From: an uncultured Planctomycetales bacterium
GTDB lineage: Bacteria; Omnitrophota; Gorgyraeia; Zapsychrales; Fredricksoniimonadaceae
NCBI GenBank assembly: GCA_964555945.1
Contig: CAZKUL010000002.1
Coordinates: forward strand, 1-51,750
Length of the DNA stretch: 51,750 bases
Reading direction: 5' to 3'
The position numbers and the translations under genes were made by a program. The notes under the pieces are model-generated. The model made no database searches, was not told where the DNA came from, and was given only the letters and a program-made list of their open reading frames with translations. This document shows, piece by piece, positions 18,559 to 28,299 of the stretch (positions are counted from its first letter, which is position 1; every line of letters starts with the position of its first letter).

Positions 18559-20310
18559 CTAGAATATCCGACGGATTTTATTTTTTATAACGGTTTTGAC
18601 GATGTCCCAGCGGTCTTTTTCTCCTCGGATCATCGCTTCGGCAAAATGCCACGCTTGGGAAGAAGTGATGTGGCCGGGCATGGGGGCTTCATGAGGGTCA
18701 ACGTGGGCGTCAATGACCGATGGGCCAGAGGTGCTCAAGGCTTGACGGAATATCCCTTCAGCCTCCGCGGGATCATCAAGACTAAAGGCCTCTACCCCGC
18801 AGGAACGCGCGAACATGGCGAAATCAATGGGGTGAAGGTCCAGGCCGTATTGGGGATTACCTTCAAAAACAATCTGCTCCCATTTGATCATACCAAAGGT
18901 GTTGTTCTTAAAAATAATGATTTTAACCGGAAGTTTATATTTGGCGATCGTCGCCAGTTCGCACATGAGCATTGAGAATCCACCGTCCCCGCAAAGGCAA
19001 ATGATCTGGCGGCCGGGATTTCCCATGGCTGCACCGACGGCATAAGGCAGCGCATTGGCCATGCTTGAAAAATTACCGGAGACGGAGAATTTCATGCCCC
19101 CACGGATCAAGAGATGACGCGCGGCCCATGTGGTCACCACCCCTGTATCGGCGCAGATAATGCAATCGTTATTGATATGGGCATTAAGCTGGTAGGCAAC
19201 CACCTGCGGTTTAAGCGGTTTGTCTGTGCATGTACCTTCAGCAGTCAACAATTCATTCCACCGCTTCATCCGTTCCTGGGACCTTTGCAGAAAAATCTTA
19301 TCTTCCTGGGGCTGCAGCTGGGTGAGTAAAGCCCGTAACGTTTCCCGGCAATCACCCGTTAATCCCACGTCTACCTTACACCTAAGGCCAATACGGGCCG
19401 AATCAACATCGATTTGGATGGTCCGGACAGGTTGTTTTGGATAAAATTCCAAGTACGGAAAGCTTGTGCCCACCATGATCAAGGTATCGCATTCCTGCAT
19501 GGCATCTTGGGAAGGAGCGGTCCCAAGAAGTCCTATACCACCCGTCGTGTAGGGGCTGTCGTCGGGTACAACGGCCTTGCCCAGAAGCGCTTTTATGATG
19601 ACCCCCTGGGTCAAGGCGGCGAGAGACAGGATTTCCTCGCGCGCATCCAAAGCCTCTCGACCGGCTAGAATGACAATCTTTTTTCCGCTATTGATGATGG
19701 CCGCGGCACTATTTAATTCCAGCGCTGAAGGCACTGGCCTGGACAATTGATAAATATCAGCGCTGTGGGACGGGATATTGGCCACAGAGCGCTGTCCATC
19801 CATTTTCCATTCCTGAATGTCTTTAGGAATATTGATATGGACAACGGTACGCTGACTTAAAGCCGTTTTGATCGCTTCGTCGACAACATTGCAGACATGC
19901 GAAGGGCCCATGATCCGTTCATTATAAGCGGCCACATCCATAAATAATTTATCGAGATCCAGGTCCTGCTTGTAATGGGTACCGATTAGATCATGGAAAG
20001 TATGCCCGGTGATAGCCAGCACCGGCTGGCCGTCGAATTTGGCATCATAAAGCCCGTTGAGTAAATGCACGCCTCCGGGGCCGGAGGTCGCCAGGCATAC
20101 CCCTAAACGCCCGGAGTATTTCGCATAGGCGCAAGCCGCAAAAGCCGCAGCTTCTTCATGGCGCACCTGCACTAATTTGATTTTCTTTTCATTGAGGCGA
20201 AGGACTTCATAAATACCATTGATACCATCCCCGGGAAGACTGAAGATCGTATCCACACCCCACTGCATCAGGCGTTCTATCAGTAATTCGGCGACTGTTT
20301 CATTGGACAT
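18559..20310 (-). CDS. Thiamine-diphosphate enzyme, PoxB-like pyruvate oxidase/dehydrogenase (quinone)
   Basis: 583 aa. The N-terminus is colinear with the PoxB/ALS family (HEEAAAFAACAYAKYSG, ATSGPGGVHLLNGL). The TPP motif is GDGGFSM...NNTFG. Confidence 0.8.
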   Translation of the reverse strand: MSNETVAELLIERLMQWGVDTIFSLPGDGINGIYEVLRLNEKKIKLVQVRHEEAAAFAACAYAKYSGRLGVCLATSGPGGVHLLNGLYDAKFDGQPVLAITGHTFHDLIGTHYKQDLDLDKLFMDVAAYNERIMGPSHVCNVVDEAIKTALSQRTVVHINIPKDIQEWKMDGQRSVANIPSHSADIYQLSRPVPSALELNSAAAIINSGKKIVILAGREALDAREEILSLAALTQGVIIKALLGKAVVPDDSPYTTGGIGLLGTAPSQDAMQECDTLIMVGTSFPYLEFYPKQPVRTIQIDVDSARIGLRCKVDVGLTGDCRETLRALLTQLQPQEDKIFLQRSQERMKRWNELLTAEGTCTDKPLKPQVVAYQLNAHINNDCIICADTGVVTTWAARHLLIRGGMKFSVSGNFSSMANALPYAVGAAMGNPGRQIICLCGDGGFSMLMCELATIAKYKLPVKIIIFKNNTFGMIKWEQIVFEGNPQYGLDLHPIDFAMFARSCGVEAFSLDDPAEAEGIFRQALSTSGPSVIDAHVDPHEAPMPGHITSSQAWHFAEAMIRGEKDRWDIVKTVIKNKIRRIF

Positions 20311-20340
20311 AGCCCTATTGTAGGGATGAAAGGGTGTCGA

Positions 20341-20361
20341 TCAATTGTACCGAGGTGTAAC
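20341..20361 (-). promoter_or_regulatory. Copy of the 21-nt intergenic motif
   Basis: tcaattgtaccgaggtgtaac. It ends 30 nt upstream of the PoxB-like start. Confidence 0.55.
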
Positions 20362-20364
20362 TTC

Positions 20365-21372
20365 CTATTTTTTCATGACTTTAAAAACACGGATGAGATA
20401 AAAAAGGATGGGCAAAAAAAGTAAGGCGCCAATCATCAGTGACCAGGCAAGAACGTTGATGGTCGCCTCAGGCGTGGCGGCATCCAGCAGAGAAAGGCGG
20501 GCCCCGCCCCGATAAAACAATACATTAGGAAATATCACGGCAAGCCATGCCAATAATACCAAGCTAACCTGAAGACCAGCAAGAACGCGGATAGACCACT
20601 CTGTTAATCGGCCTCGCCGGATTTTTTGCCAGAAAATGAGGGTAAAGACACTGGCCGCGGCAAAACAGGTGACACTTACAGGATTAGTAAAGAATGGGGC
20701 TAATAATGGATGAGGGCTTCCTTGCGCCAGGAGAAAAACCAACAGGCCGGCCAATAGCATCGTCAGGCTTGCTTTTTGGCAGCAGCCCGTGTAAAACTTC
20801 CTTGTCTCTGGATCCTCAGACTCTCCGATTAAGTAGACGCTGGCTAGATACATAAATAAACTCAGCACAAAAATGCCCAGCGCAAAGGACGGCCAGTTAA
20901 ACCAGGATGTAATGTACTTCTGGAAATATGTTGGGGCCTGGGGGTCAACACCAAAAAACATGCCTCCCATGATCATGCCAAACATAATGGGAGTTAATAG
21001 GCTGGAGATCCCAAAACCTAATGAATAATAACGATGGGTGTTGTCTTTGACAGCATCATAATTGCGGAAGGTGAAGGCGCAGCCACGAGCGACGATGCCG
21101 ATTAACATCAGGGTCAATGGAACATGAAAATAGATCGAGCATTGGGTATAGACTTGGGGAAAAGCATTAAATAAGATCACGATCAACAGGATAAGCCAGA
21201 TATGATTGGCTTCCCATACAGGCCCCATCGCATGGGCGACCAATTCTTCATGCCTTTTGCGGTACTGCTTAGGCACAAAGAACTCTAAAGCGCCGGCGCC
21301 AAAGTCAGCACCGCCCAGTAGGCAGTAGAACAGCAGAGACATCACCAAGAATACTATGACGATGTAAAGCAT
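20365..21372 (-). CDS. cydB: Cytochrome bd oxidase subunit II
   Basis: 335 aa and polytopic. The N-terminus is LLGGADFGAG. It lies downstream of cydA. Confidence 0.9.
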   Translation of the reverse strand: MLYIVIVFLVMSLLFYCLLGGADFGAGALEFFVPKQYRKRHEELVAHAMGPVWEANHIWLILLIVILFNAFPQVYTQCSIYFHVPLTLMLIGIVARGCAFTFRNYDAVKDNTHRYYSLGFGISSLLTPIMFGMIMGGMFFGVDPQAPTYFQKYITSWFNWPSFALGIFVLSLFMYLASVYLIGESEDPETRKFYTGCCQKASLTMLLAGLLVFLLAQGSPHPLLAPFFTNPVSVTCFAAASVFTLIFWQKIRRGRLTEWSIRVLAGLQVSLVLLAWLAVIFPNVLFYRGGARLSLLDAATPEATINVLAWSLMIGALLFLPILFYLIRVFKVMKK

Positions 21373-21548
21373 AATAACTCCCTATTATTGCCCCATCGGG
21401 TCCTGGCTGGTCGTGACATTAACGTGCTCCTGATTCGAAATTCAACCCTATCAGCGGCCAGAATGCCGGTTTTCCTTGTACGATGACTTGAGCAGTCACC
21501 GTCCGCCCGTTAACATCACTCCTCGCCACCCGATGTAATTCTCTTAAA

Positions 21549-22859
21549 CTAACGCGAGTTTGACAGTGATTTGAATTGGCGGAGCATGAGCCAGGTCACA
21601 ATTACTGATAAAAACAGGTACAGGATTGTGATGGCCAGAAATGGCACGATCAAACCTGGCATCGGCGTTACGGCATCCTTGGTCCTCATGATGCCAAAGA
21701 TGATCCATGGCTGACGGCCAACTTCGGTGACTGTCCATCCTGCTTCCAGCGCTATAAATCCTAAAGGCAGGCAAAAGACGAGCCATTTCAAGAACCATCG
21801 TTGAAACAGCACATCTTTCTTCACCAAAAACTGCTGGACAAATAGGAGTCCGGTTGCAGCCAGGAGCATACCGCAGGCAACCATCAACTCAAAGGCATAA
21901 TGCACAATCAGGACAGGCGGCCAGTTATTCCGGGGGAAATCATCCAAACCTTTGACCGTCGCATCAACACGATTAAAGCTCAACAAACTTAATACGCCGG
22001 GAATCTCTATCGCGCCATTGACCTTTTCCGTTTCCATATCCAGAATGCCACCGATACGTAACGGCGCGTAACTTTGAGTTTTAAAATCAGCTTCCGCGGC
22101 TGCCAATTTAATGGGCTGTCGATGAGCGATATCTTTAGCGCTATGGTCCCCGCTCAAAGGCTGGAGCATGGCGGCTACGACGGCAAACCAAATGGCTATC
22201 CGGATGGCTTTTGTATGAAATATGTTCTTGGGGTCCTTTAATAAAAAATAGGCATGAATACCGGCCACAGCAAAACCCACCGCTTCAAAGGCAGCGATGG
22301 TCATATGCAGGCTTTGGGAAAACCAGGCATCATTGAAAAGGGCTTTGAGGGGATCAATGTGAATCGCGTGGCCATTGACCCAATCAAATCCTGAAGGTGC
22401 GTTCATCCAACTATTGGCTGCGACGACAAAAATTCCCGAGGCAATCCCGGAGATTCCAACCAGCCAACCGCAGAACCAATGGAGGGTTGGGTCGATCTTG
22501 TTCCAACCATATAAATAAAATCCAATGGCAATGGCTTCAATAAAAAAAGCCGTCCCCTCGAGGGAGAACGGCATTCCGAAAATAGGGCCTGCATGCACCA
22601 TAAAACCAGGCCAAAGCAATCCTAATTCAAACGACAAAACAGTGCCGGACACAGCCCCGGTGGCAAAGAGGATGGCCACCCCTTTGGACCATGCCCTGGT
22701 CATGTCCTCATAAACAGGCTCCTTGGTCTTAAGCCAGAGGCCATGCGCAGCGACCATTAAAAAAGGCATGACCATACCCACACACGCAAAAATGATGTGA
22801 AACCCCAAAGACACGGCCATTTGCATTCGAGCGGAAAGAAGGTCGGGCATTCGTATCAC
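21549..22859 (-). CDS. cydA: Cytochrome bd oxidase subunit I (short Q-loop type)
   Basis: 436 aa. The N-terminus is ARMQMAVSLGFHIIFACVGMVMPF, and WMNAP and GWTVTEVGRQPW motifs are present. Confidence 0.93.
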   Translation of the reverse strand: MIRMPDLLSARMQMAVSLGFHIIFACVGMVMPFLMVAAHGLWLKTKEPVYEDMTRAWSKGVAILFATGAVSGTVLSFELGLLWPGFMVHAGPIFGMPFSLEGTAFFIEAIAIGFYLYGWNKIDPTLHWFCGWLVGISGIASGIFVVAANSWMNAPSGFDWVNGHAIHIDPLKALFNDAWFSQSLHMTIAAFEAVGFAVAGIHAYFLLKDPKNIFHTKAIRIAIWFAVVAAMLQPLSGDHSAKDIAHRQPIKLAAAEADFKTQSYAPLRIGGILDMETEKVNGAIEIPGVLSLLSFNRVDATVKGLDDFPRNNWPPVLIVHYAFELMVACGMLLAATGLLFVQQFLVKKDVLFQRWFLKWLVFCLPLGFIALEAGWTVTEVGRQPWIIFGIMRTKDAVTPMPGLIVPFLAITILYLFLSVIVTWLMLRQFKSLSNSR

Positions 22860-22929
22860 GCAGCTCTACTTAAAATCTGCGCCTCCTATCACCCAATTCT
22901 CATCTTTGGCGGCCATTTGTCAATATATT

Positions 22930-23331
22930 TCAACGCTCCCCGGCCTCTTGGTCGATGACCGCACGGACTACGTGGGGAACGCCAGAAAACTTGCCCCAGG
23001 TTTCTTCTCTAAAGAGGTAAATCAAAACACCTGTCGCTCCCAGAAACTCTATGGCCCCTAAGATGAGCGCCATGATAAACTTCGTTTCATTGGTCCACTC
23101 AGAATAATTAAAAAATGCTGTTTGGATCAGGGACAGGCCGTTAATCAAGAAAATAAAAGAGAGAAGCACAAACAAAGCCCCTAGAAAGAAAACCCTCGTT
23201 TTCCTGACTCCAAGGACATAAATCCGGGCGACCTTTATCTTCATCAACTCAGATCTGCTTTTAAATTTTCTGACCATATTTAGAAGCAAAAATGAAGAAA
23301 CCAATTGTTGAAAAATCCGACGTATCGGCAT
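22930..23331 (-). CDS. Small membrane protein, YqjE/holin-X-like
   Basis: The ORF-track start at 23364 is TTG and abuts a repeat. The ATG at 23331 gives MPIRRIF.... There are two TM segments, and it lies directly downstream of a YqjD/ElaB-like gene, as in the E. coli yqjDE arrangement. Confidence 0.5.
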   Translation of the reverse strand: MPIRRIFQQLVSSFLLLNMVRKFKSRSELMKIKVARIYVLGVRKTRVFFLGALFVLLSFIFLINGLSLIQTAFFNYSEWTNETKFIMALILGAIEFLGATGVLIYLFREETWGKFSGVPHVVRAVIDQEAGER

Positions 23332-23364
23332 ACTTTTCCATCCTGGATTCTTAAGATATCTCAA

Positions 23365-23399
23365 GATCCTTCGGCCTGAAAAGCAGGCCTCAGGATGAC
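23365..23399. repeat. Family B repeat unit
   Basis: gatccttcggcctgaaaagcaggcctcaggatgac, a hairpin with the family's gatcc...ggatgac ends. Confidence 0.7.
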
Positions 23400-23423
23400 G
23401 GAATATCTTATGTTGAACTCACG

Positions 23424-23765
23424 TTATTTACGTTTAGACCCCATCAAATAGCCCACGAGCAAAGAGGCGGCGGCAGCTCCGGCGATATAGACCCACGGGT
23501 CCTTGTGCACACGCTTATCGATGTCGGTGGCGATGGCGGTCGCTTTTTCCTTGCCCTGTGCCATCGCCTCCATGGCAAAATCCTGAGTATGCTTTAAAAC
23601 CTCTTTGCCGTGATCAACACCTGCTGTCATGGCCTCACGGATGTGCGAATACCTGTTGGCCATGAGTCCTTTTAACTCATCTTTCTTTTCTTTAGCCGCC
23701 TCATTTAAAAGTTCCAGGGCGTCACTGATCTTGGCATTGCTTGTCCTGCCTTGAGTTTCTGTCAT
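23424..23765 (-). CDS. YqjD/ElaB-family (DUF883-like) membrane-anchored stress protein
   Basis: 113 aa. A helical N-terminal part is followed by the C-terminal anchor DPWVYIAGAAAASLLVGYLMGSKRK typical of the family. Confidence 0.75.
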   Translation of the reverse strand: MTETQGRTSNAKISDALELLNEAAKEKKDELKGLMANRYSHIREAMTAGVDHGKEVLKHTQDFAMEAMAQGKEKATAIATDIDKRVHKDPWVYIAGAAAASLLVGYLMGSKRK

Positions 23766-23827
23766 AAAGACTTCTCCTTTTCTGTGGTGAGAACTGTTAT
23801 ACGTGCACTATCTCTTTCACGATACTG

Positions 23828-23881
23828 GATTCCGAACTCCTGCGAGTGTCCGGTATGAGGACCCGCTTTCGCGGGAATGAC
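23828..23881. repeat. Family B repeat, long variant
   Basis: gattccgaactcctgcgagtgtccggtatgaggacccgctttcgcgggaatgac. Confidence 0.75.
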
Positions 23882-23926
23882 AGTCTATTAGAAACTAATT
23901 TAAACATGTACACGTGTCCAGTGGCA

Positions 23927-24286
23927 TTAGGCGGTTTGGAGGATATCTAAAAGTCTATTGACGTCATAAGGTTTGGAGATAAAGCCGCTGATCATGGGCC
24001 CTAGCCCAAGTTTCTTGATCTCTTTTTCAAGAAACGGTTTACCGGACATAAGAATGACCTTACCCTTGAAGCCAGTGTTCTCCATTATTTTTAAAAGATC
24101 GAGGCCATTGATGAAGGGCATTTTAATATCAAGTAGAATAACGTCATAGGGGTGCTTGTTGATGAGACGTACACCTTCCAGACCATCGAAGGCAGCCTGA
24201 ACGCCATACCCTTCAGATGATAAAAGATCAACCATTTCTTCGGACAATTCTTTGTCATCATCGATAAAAAGTATTTTTCTTTTCAT
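23927..24286 (-). CDS. Stand-alone response-regulator receiver (CheY-like)
   Basis: 119 aa. Motifs seen are ILFIDDD, ILLDIKMP and a conserved Lys (SKPY). Confidence 0.88.
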   Translation of the reverse strand: MKRKILFIDDDKELSEEMVDLLSSEGYGVQAAFDGLEGVRLINKHPYDVILLDIKMPFINGLDLLKIMENTGFKGKVILMSGKPFLEKEIKKLGLGPMISGFISKPYDVNRLLDILQTA

Positions 24287-24290
24287 ATTA

Positions 24291-26042
24291 TTATCTTTTC
24301 TTGGGTAAAGAGATGGTTACCGTGGTCCCGTGGCCTATTTGGCTTTTTATATCGAATTCACCATTATGCACAGTGATGATTTGCTGGCAGACCGTGAGGC
24401 CAAGGCCGGTGCCTTTGGCCTTGGTTGTAAAGAACGGCTCGCGTATCTTCTTGAGATTTTCAGGCGGAATGCCAATACCGTTATCCTTGATATGAATTCC
24501 TATTGACGCGCTGTCATCAACGTGCAAGCCCACGGTGATGACGCCCTTGACACCTGCGGTCGCATCAAAAGCGTTATTGAGAAGATTACTAAAAAGTTCC
24601 TTCATCTGCAAGGAGTCGGCGTCAATAATCACCTTTGCGTTGCCTGTCCATTGGATGAGTTTAAACCTTCGCTTACCATCCCTCTTTTTAATGGCACTGA
24701 TACATTCATTAAGAATGGAGGGAATATCAACGGCTTCATAATGTGGCATTCTTATTTTTGAGCAAAAGAGGAGATTATTGATGATCTGGTCACTTTCGAG
24801 CACCTTTTTCTCAATATTGTCAAGGTGCTTTTCAATCGGCAAATCCTGCTTTTTGCGGCGGATATTCTGCGTCGCAATATTGATGGCCGCCAAAGGATTA
24901 CGCAGCTCATGGGCCACGGTTGCCGCCAATGTCCCAATATCCGATAAACGCTTGGATTGGGCCAATGCGTGGTGGGCGATTTCCATTTTGTTTTCCATAT
25001 CAAATTTATCGATCCCCTCGGCAATCAAAGGTGCCAGTTGTTCAATGAACTCAATCTTACTTAAATGGACCATGCCAGCTTTTTCGTCAGCCAAATGGAT
25101 GGCTGCGGTCATTTGACCCCGGTTATAGACGGGAACGATGGCAACAGACATAAAACCATTCTTCACACGGGCTTTCAAAAATCTTATTTTTGCCTTCTTT
25201 GAGATGCCGGCAACGAACTCTCTTGTATTATCGCAGCGAAAAGACCCTTTGGGGGTCATGGCCATGACGTATTCCGGTTCTACCTGAGGATTTAAGACAT
25301 CGATATTAAAGACCTCTTTTTTAAGAAGGGAAATTCCATTCTCACGTTTCCAGAATCCAGGCGTAAAGCCTTCAAAGGAATCATAGTGAAGTGGTTCCTT
25401 GCCATTGATGACCTGGAGTCCCACACAACGGCATTGGGACCAGTCCTTAAGGTATTTAATCAAGGTGCATGAATACTGGTTTTGAGAAATTTTCTTGGAA
25501 ATCAATAGCTTCAAGACCTTATTGCTGGCATTAATAAGTCTCTCGCTCGCCTGTCGGTCAAGAATTTCATGCTTTAGTTCTTCATTCTTCCCCGTTAGCT
25601 GATGCGTACGTTGAGTGACCTGTAGTTCCAATGACTCATAATACTTTTCAAGCTTTTCTTCCGTCTTTTTACGGTCCGTAATGTCACGGATATTGCATTG
25701 GATGACGTTCTTCCCATTAACAGTATAGATATTGTTGACAAATTCAACCTGGATCTTCTTGCCTCTCTTGCTTTCAAGAGGCAAGTCTTCAAAGCGTGTA
25801 TACTTTTTGACCTGCAATTCTTTAAACCTGGCCATGGGTATCTTCTGGAGAGGAAAAATGTCCCAAAAATCCTTTTTTATCATTTCCTGATGGGAATACC
25901 CCAGTAATTTGAACAAAAACGGATTGGCATCGTCAATCCTGCCTGTCTGGGCATTTAAAATAGCTATCCCGTCTCTGGCGGTCTCAAAGAGCCTGCGGTA
26001 GCGTATTTCAAAACTTTGGGAAGAAACAGGCGTGAGCGTCAC
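24291..26042 (-). CDS. PAS/GAF-like sensor histidine kinase
   Basis: 583 aa with an N-terminal PAS. The H-box is VAHELRNPL, and N, G1 (DNGIGI) and G2 (GTGLGL) boxes are present. Confidence 0.9.
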   Translation of the reverse strand: MTLTPVSSQSFEIRYRRLFETARDGIAILNAQTGRIDDANPFLFKLLGYSHQEMIKKDFWDIFPLQKIPMARFKELQVKKYTRFEDLPLESKRGKKIQVEFVNNIYTVNGKNVIQCNIRDITDRKKTEEKLEKYYESLELQVTQRTHQLTGKNEELKHEILDRQASERLINASNKVLKLLISKKISQNQYSCTLIKYLKDWSQCRCVGLQVINGKEPLHYDSFEGFTPGFWKRENGISLLKKEVFNIDVLNPQVEPEYVMAMTPKGSFRCDNTREFVAGISKKAKIRFLKARVKNGFMSVAIVPVYNRGQMTAAIHLADEKAGMVHLSKIEFIEQLAPLIAEGIDKFDMENKMEIAHHALAQSKRLSDIGTLAATVAHELRNPLAAINIATQNIRRKKQDLPIEKHLDNIEKKVLESDQIINNLLFCSKIRMPHYEAVDIPSILNECISAIKKRDGKRRFKLIQWTGNAKVIIDADSLQMKELFSNLLNNAFDATAGVKGVITVGLHVDDSASIGIHIKDNGIGIPPENLKKIREPFFTTKAKGTGLGLTVCQQIITVHNGEFDIKSQIGHGTTVTISLPKKR

Positions 26043-26779
26043 TTTGTCCTTTGGATTTTATTTCGGTACGCGGTCGGGGTAAGCGCAAAAATGCGCTTAA
26101 ATTGGCGGCTAAAGGATTCGCTATTTTCATAGCCCAATGCCTCAGCTACCTGGTAGATATTATAATCTAAGTCAACCAATAATCTTTTGGCTTTCGCCAT
26201 TTGTACATTGAGGCGGTAATCGCTAAAATTGATGCCCTCCCTGAGCTTAAAAACACGGCTTAAATATTTTGGACTCAAGGACACCAGCGTCGCAATATCA
26301 TGTAAGAGGATCTTTTTACAACTATTCTTTACCACAAAGTCCTTTGTTCGTTGGATCTTGCTTTTGATGCCGTTCTTGCTAAGCCCATTAAGACTTTCAC
26401 CATCTAAGAACCGCTCCACAATGTCCTTTAATTTCTGCACATCAAGGGGTTTTTCAAGGTAATCATCCGCATGTCCCTTGAGCGCTTCAATGGCCGTGTC
26501 CTTTGAACTGGTCCCTGTAACAATAATGACGCAAAGATCAGGGTTATTTTTTTTGATGACAGCCAAGACATCAAGTCCGCTCATGCCTTTCATCATCACA
26601 TCCAGGACCACGACCCCAATATTATTGATACGTTTCAGCAAATTTAAGGCTCCCTCGCCGCTTTCTGCCTCTATGACTTCTTCTCCCTCAAGAAAATCAC
26701 GGAGTTCGCTTCTTAATATTGCATCATCATCCACAATCAGGACTTTACTTCTCATACGGGATCTCTCCTTGATTTGCAT
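26039..26779 (-). CDS. Response regulator with AraC-type HTH output
   Basis: 246 aa. REC motifs are VLIVDDD and VVLDVMMKG. The C-terminal AraC HTH is LSPKYLSRVFK...ESFSRQFKRIF. It overlaps the HK gene by 4 nt. Confidence 0.9.
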   Translation of the reverse strand: MQIKERSRMRSKVLIVDDDAILRSELRDFLEGEEVIEAESGEGALNLLKRINNIGVVVLDVMMKGMSGLDVLAVIKKNNPDLCVIIVTGTSSKDTAIEALKGHADDYLEKPLDVQKLKDIVERFLDGESLNGLSKNGIKSKIQRTKDFVVKNSCKKILLHDIATLVSLSPKYLSRVFKLREGINFSDYRLNVQMAKAKRLLVDLDYNIYQVAEALGYENSESFSRQFKRIFALTPTAYRNKIQRTK

Positions 26780-26862
26780 CTAAACAACTTGGCCTCATCA
26801 ATGATCATGATTTGCAAAGAATGTAAATCAATGGGTTTATTCTAGGGAAGGGATAAAAAATA

Positions 26863-26883
26863 ACAATTATACCTGGGTATAAT
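26863..26883 (-). promoter_or_regulatory. Copy of the 21-nt intergenic motif
   Basis: acaattatacctgggtataat, 84 nt upstream of the REC-AraC start. Confidence 0.55.
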
Positions 26884-26895
26884 CGATGAAGAATG

Positions 26896-28194
26896 TCAGG
26901 TATTGACATCGGGTAAAGCCTGCGGGGATTGAGTCAAGTACGCTCCTGTGGCATGAGATAGATTTTTCGCCAATCCCCACTGGGTTTGGAAAGATCGGAC
27001 AGCTTTTGACCAAAAACCATCTTCTTTAGCTTTAATACGACGGGAAAACCCTTGGTTCGTGGTCAGTGTGCTATAGATATCCATGGCCCTTTGGGCGCAA
27101 ATCTTCATGGTGAAACTTCGGGCTGTTTCTTTGCATGCGATTTTTATTTTCTTGAGGCTTGTCACTGGCTCTTTTTTGAACCACTCCAATGCCGTAACAA
27201 ATTCTTCAATAGATTCATTCATAATCAAACGGCCGTTCACCCTGTCACGGACCACCTCGCGCACGCCAGGAGCATCAACAGCGACCACGGGAATGCCAGC
27301 AGCCATGGCTTCGGTCACAACCAATCCCTGGGTCTCGCTTTGGGAGGCAAAAACAAAAACATCCATGGCATGATACGCATTAATCAAGTCTTTGCCTCGC
27401 AGCAGGCCCGCTAAATGCAAACGCTCACTTACACCCTCTTGGGCCATGATCTCTTTGATGGTCTCCTCTGAGGGGCCGCTGCCTCCGATGAGAAAATGAG
27501 CGTTGGGAACCTTCTTTAAAAACTGACCCACGGCCCGCGTTAAGAATTCCAAATTCTTCTCAGGAGCCAACCGTCCCACATGGCCCACGACAAAAGCATC
27601 GGAGGGAATATGCATCTTTTTCCGGAAAGCCTTTCCAGCCCCCCGGTTAAACTGCTCTATATAGATCCCGGTGGGTACCACAGTCATGGGGCTTAGCACT
27701 CCTCTTTCGATCATCATGCGCATGACGCTTTCGCTGGGGGCAAAAACATGGTCTGCCAGATTGGCATATCCCGTTGATAATTCAATCATAAAACGTTTGA
27801 GGGCCTCTTCATTCCCAGGCATATAGTGGACATTCTCCTCGTAGAGACTATGGTGTGTGAAGACCAACGGTACATTATATTTGGAAGCGATTTTCAAGGC
27901 GGTGTCCCCGATAAGAAAGGGGTGCTGGGAGTGGACAATATGGGGAGAGAATCCATCCAAGGCTGTTTTCAATGTTCCCTGAATGGGTAATTGTACGGAA
28001 AAATCCGACCCATTAAAATTCTTCATCGCCGCGACCCGGATCACATCTTCTTCCGGTACCATATCAGGAAATTCGGGAGCTATAATAATGACCTTGTGCC
28101 CCGCCGCTCTATACTCTTGAGCAAAACTACTGACGGATTTTTCCAGTCCGCCGACCAAGGGCTTATAGGTGTTGGTCATCAGTAATATATTCAT
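26896..28194 (-). CDS. Glycosyltransferase family 4
   Basis: The start was moved from 28260 to the ATG at 28194 (MNILLMTNTY...), because the upstream 22 codons read through a hairpin repeat. The GT4 EX7E motif is ETQGLVVTEAMAAG. Confidence 0.88.
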   Translation of the reverse strand: MNILLMTNTYKPLVGGLEKSVSSFAQEYRAAGHKVIIIAPEFPDMVPEEDVIRVAAMKNFNGSDFSVQLPIQGTLKTALDGFSPHIVHSQHPFLIGDTALKIASKYNVPLVFTHHSLYEENVHYMPGNEEALKRFMIELSTGYANLADHVFAPSESVMRMMIERGVLSPMTVVPTGIYIEQFNRGAGKAFRKKMHIPSDAFVVGHVGRLAPEKNLEFLTRAVGQFLKKVPNAHFLIGGSGPSEETIKEIMAQEGVSERLHLAGLLRGKDLINAYHAMDVFVFASQSETQGLVVTEAMAAGIPVVAVDAPGVREVVRDRVNGRLIMNESIEEFVTALEWFKKEPVTSLKKIKIACKETARSFTMKICAQRAMDIYSTLTTNQGFSRRIKAKEDGFWSKAVRSFQTQWGLAKNLSHATGAYLTQSPQALPDVNT

Positions 28195-28217
28195 AAGTAT
28201 TGCTTTCCAAGTTGGGC

Positions 28218-28275
28218 GTAGGGGCGGACCTTGTGTCGGCTTATTCCTTCGGGCGGACACAAGGTCCGCCCCTAC
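28218..28275. repeat. Family A GC-rich hairpin repeat, inverted pair
   Basis: A perfect 20-nt inverted repeat, gtaggggcggaccttgtgtc / gacacaaggtccgcccctac, separated by 18 nt. The unit gggcggac-acaag-gtccgccc is itself a hairpin. Confidence 0.85.
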
Positions 28276-28299
28276 GAAAATCTTATGTATCGAGTAGAC

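Noticed and set aside
17377-18975. Plus-strand ORFs 17377..17964 (195 aa) and 18508..18975 (155 aa)
   Set aside because: They are antisense to 17491..18420 and to the TPP enzyme 18559..20310, respectively. They have no motifs or SD.
21373-21548. A cydX-like small subunit gene between cydA and cydB
   Set aside because: The longest minus-strand ORFs are MLTGGR and MSRPARTRWGNN. Neither has a hydrophobic helix or an SD.
23927-26779. Reading the REC / HK / REC cassettes as a Detocs-like defence system
   Set aside because: The output domains are ordinary AraC and LuxR DNA-binding domains rather than toxic effectors. The kinases have PAS/GAF sensors typical of regulatory two-component systems.
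28195-28260. N-terminal extensions of tracked ORFs (26896..28260, 32173..32403, 32440..33288, 33266..33463, 36777..39137, 22930..23364, 31272..31751, 46352..46807)
   Set aside because: The extensions start at TTG/GTG or run through hairpin repeats, giving peptides such as RTQGPPLR. Internal ATGs with SD-like sequences, followed by signal peptides or conserved N-termini, are better starts.
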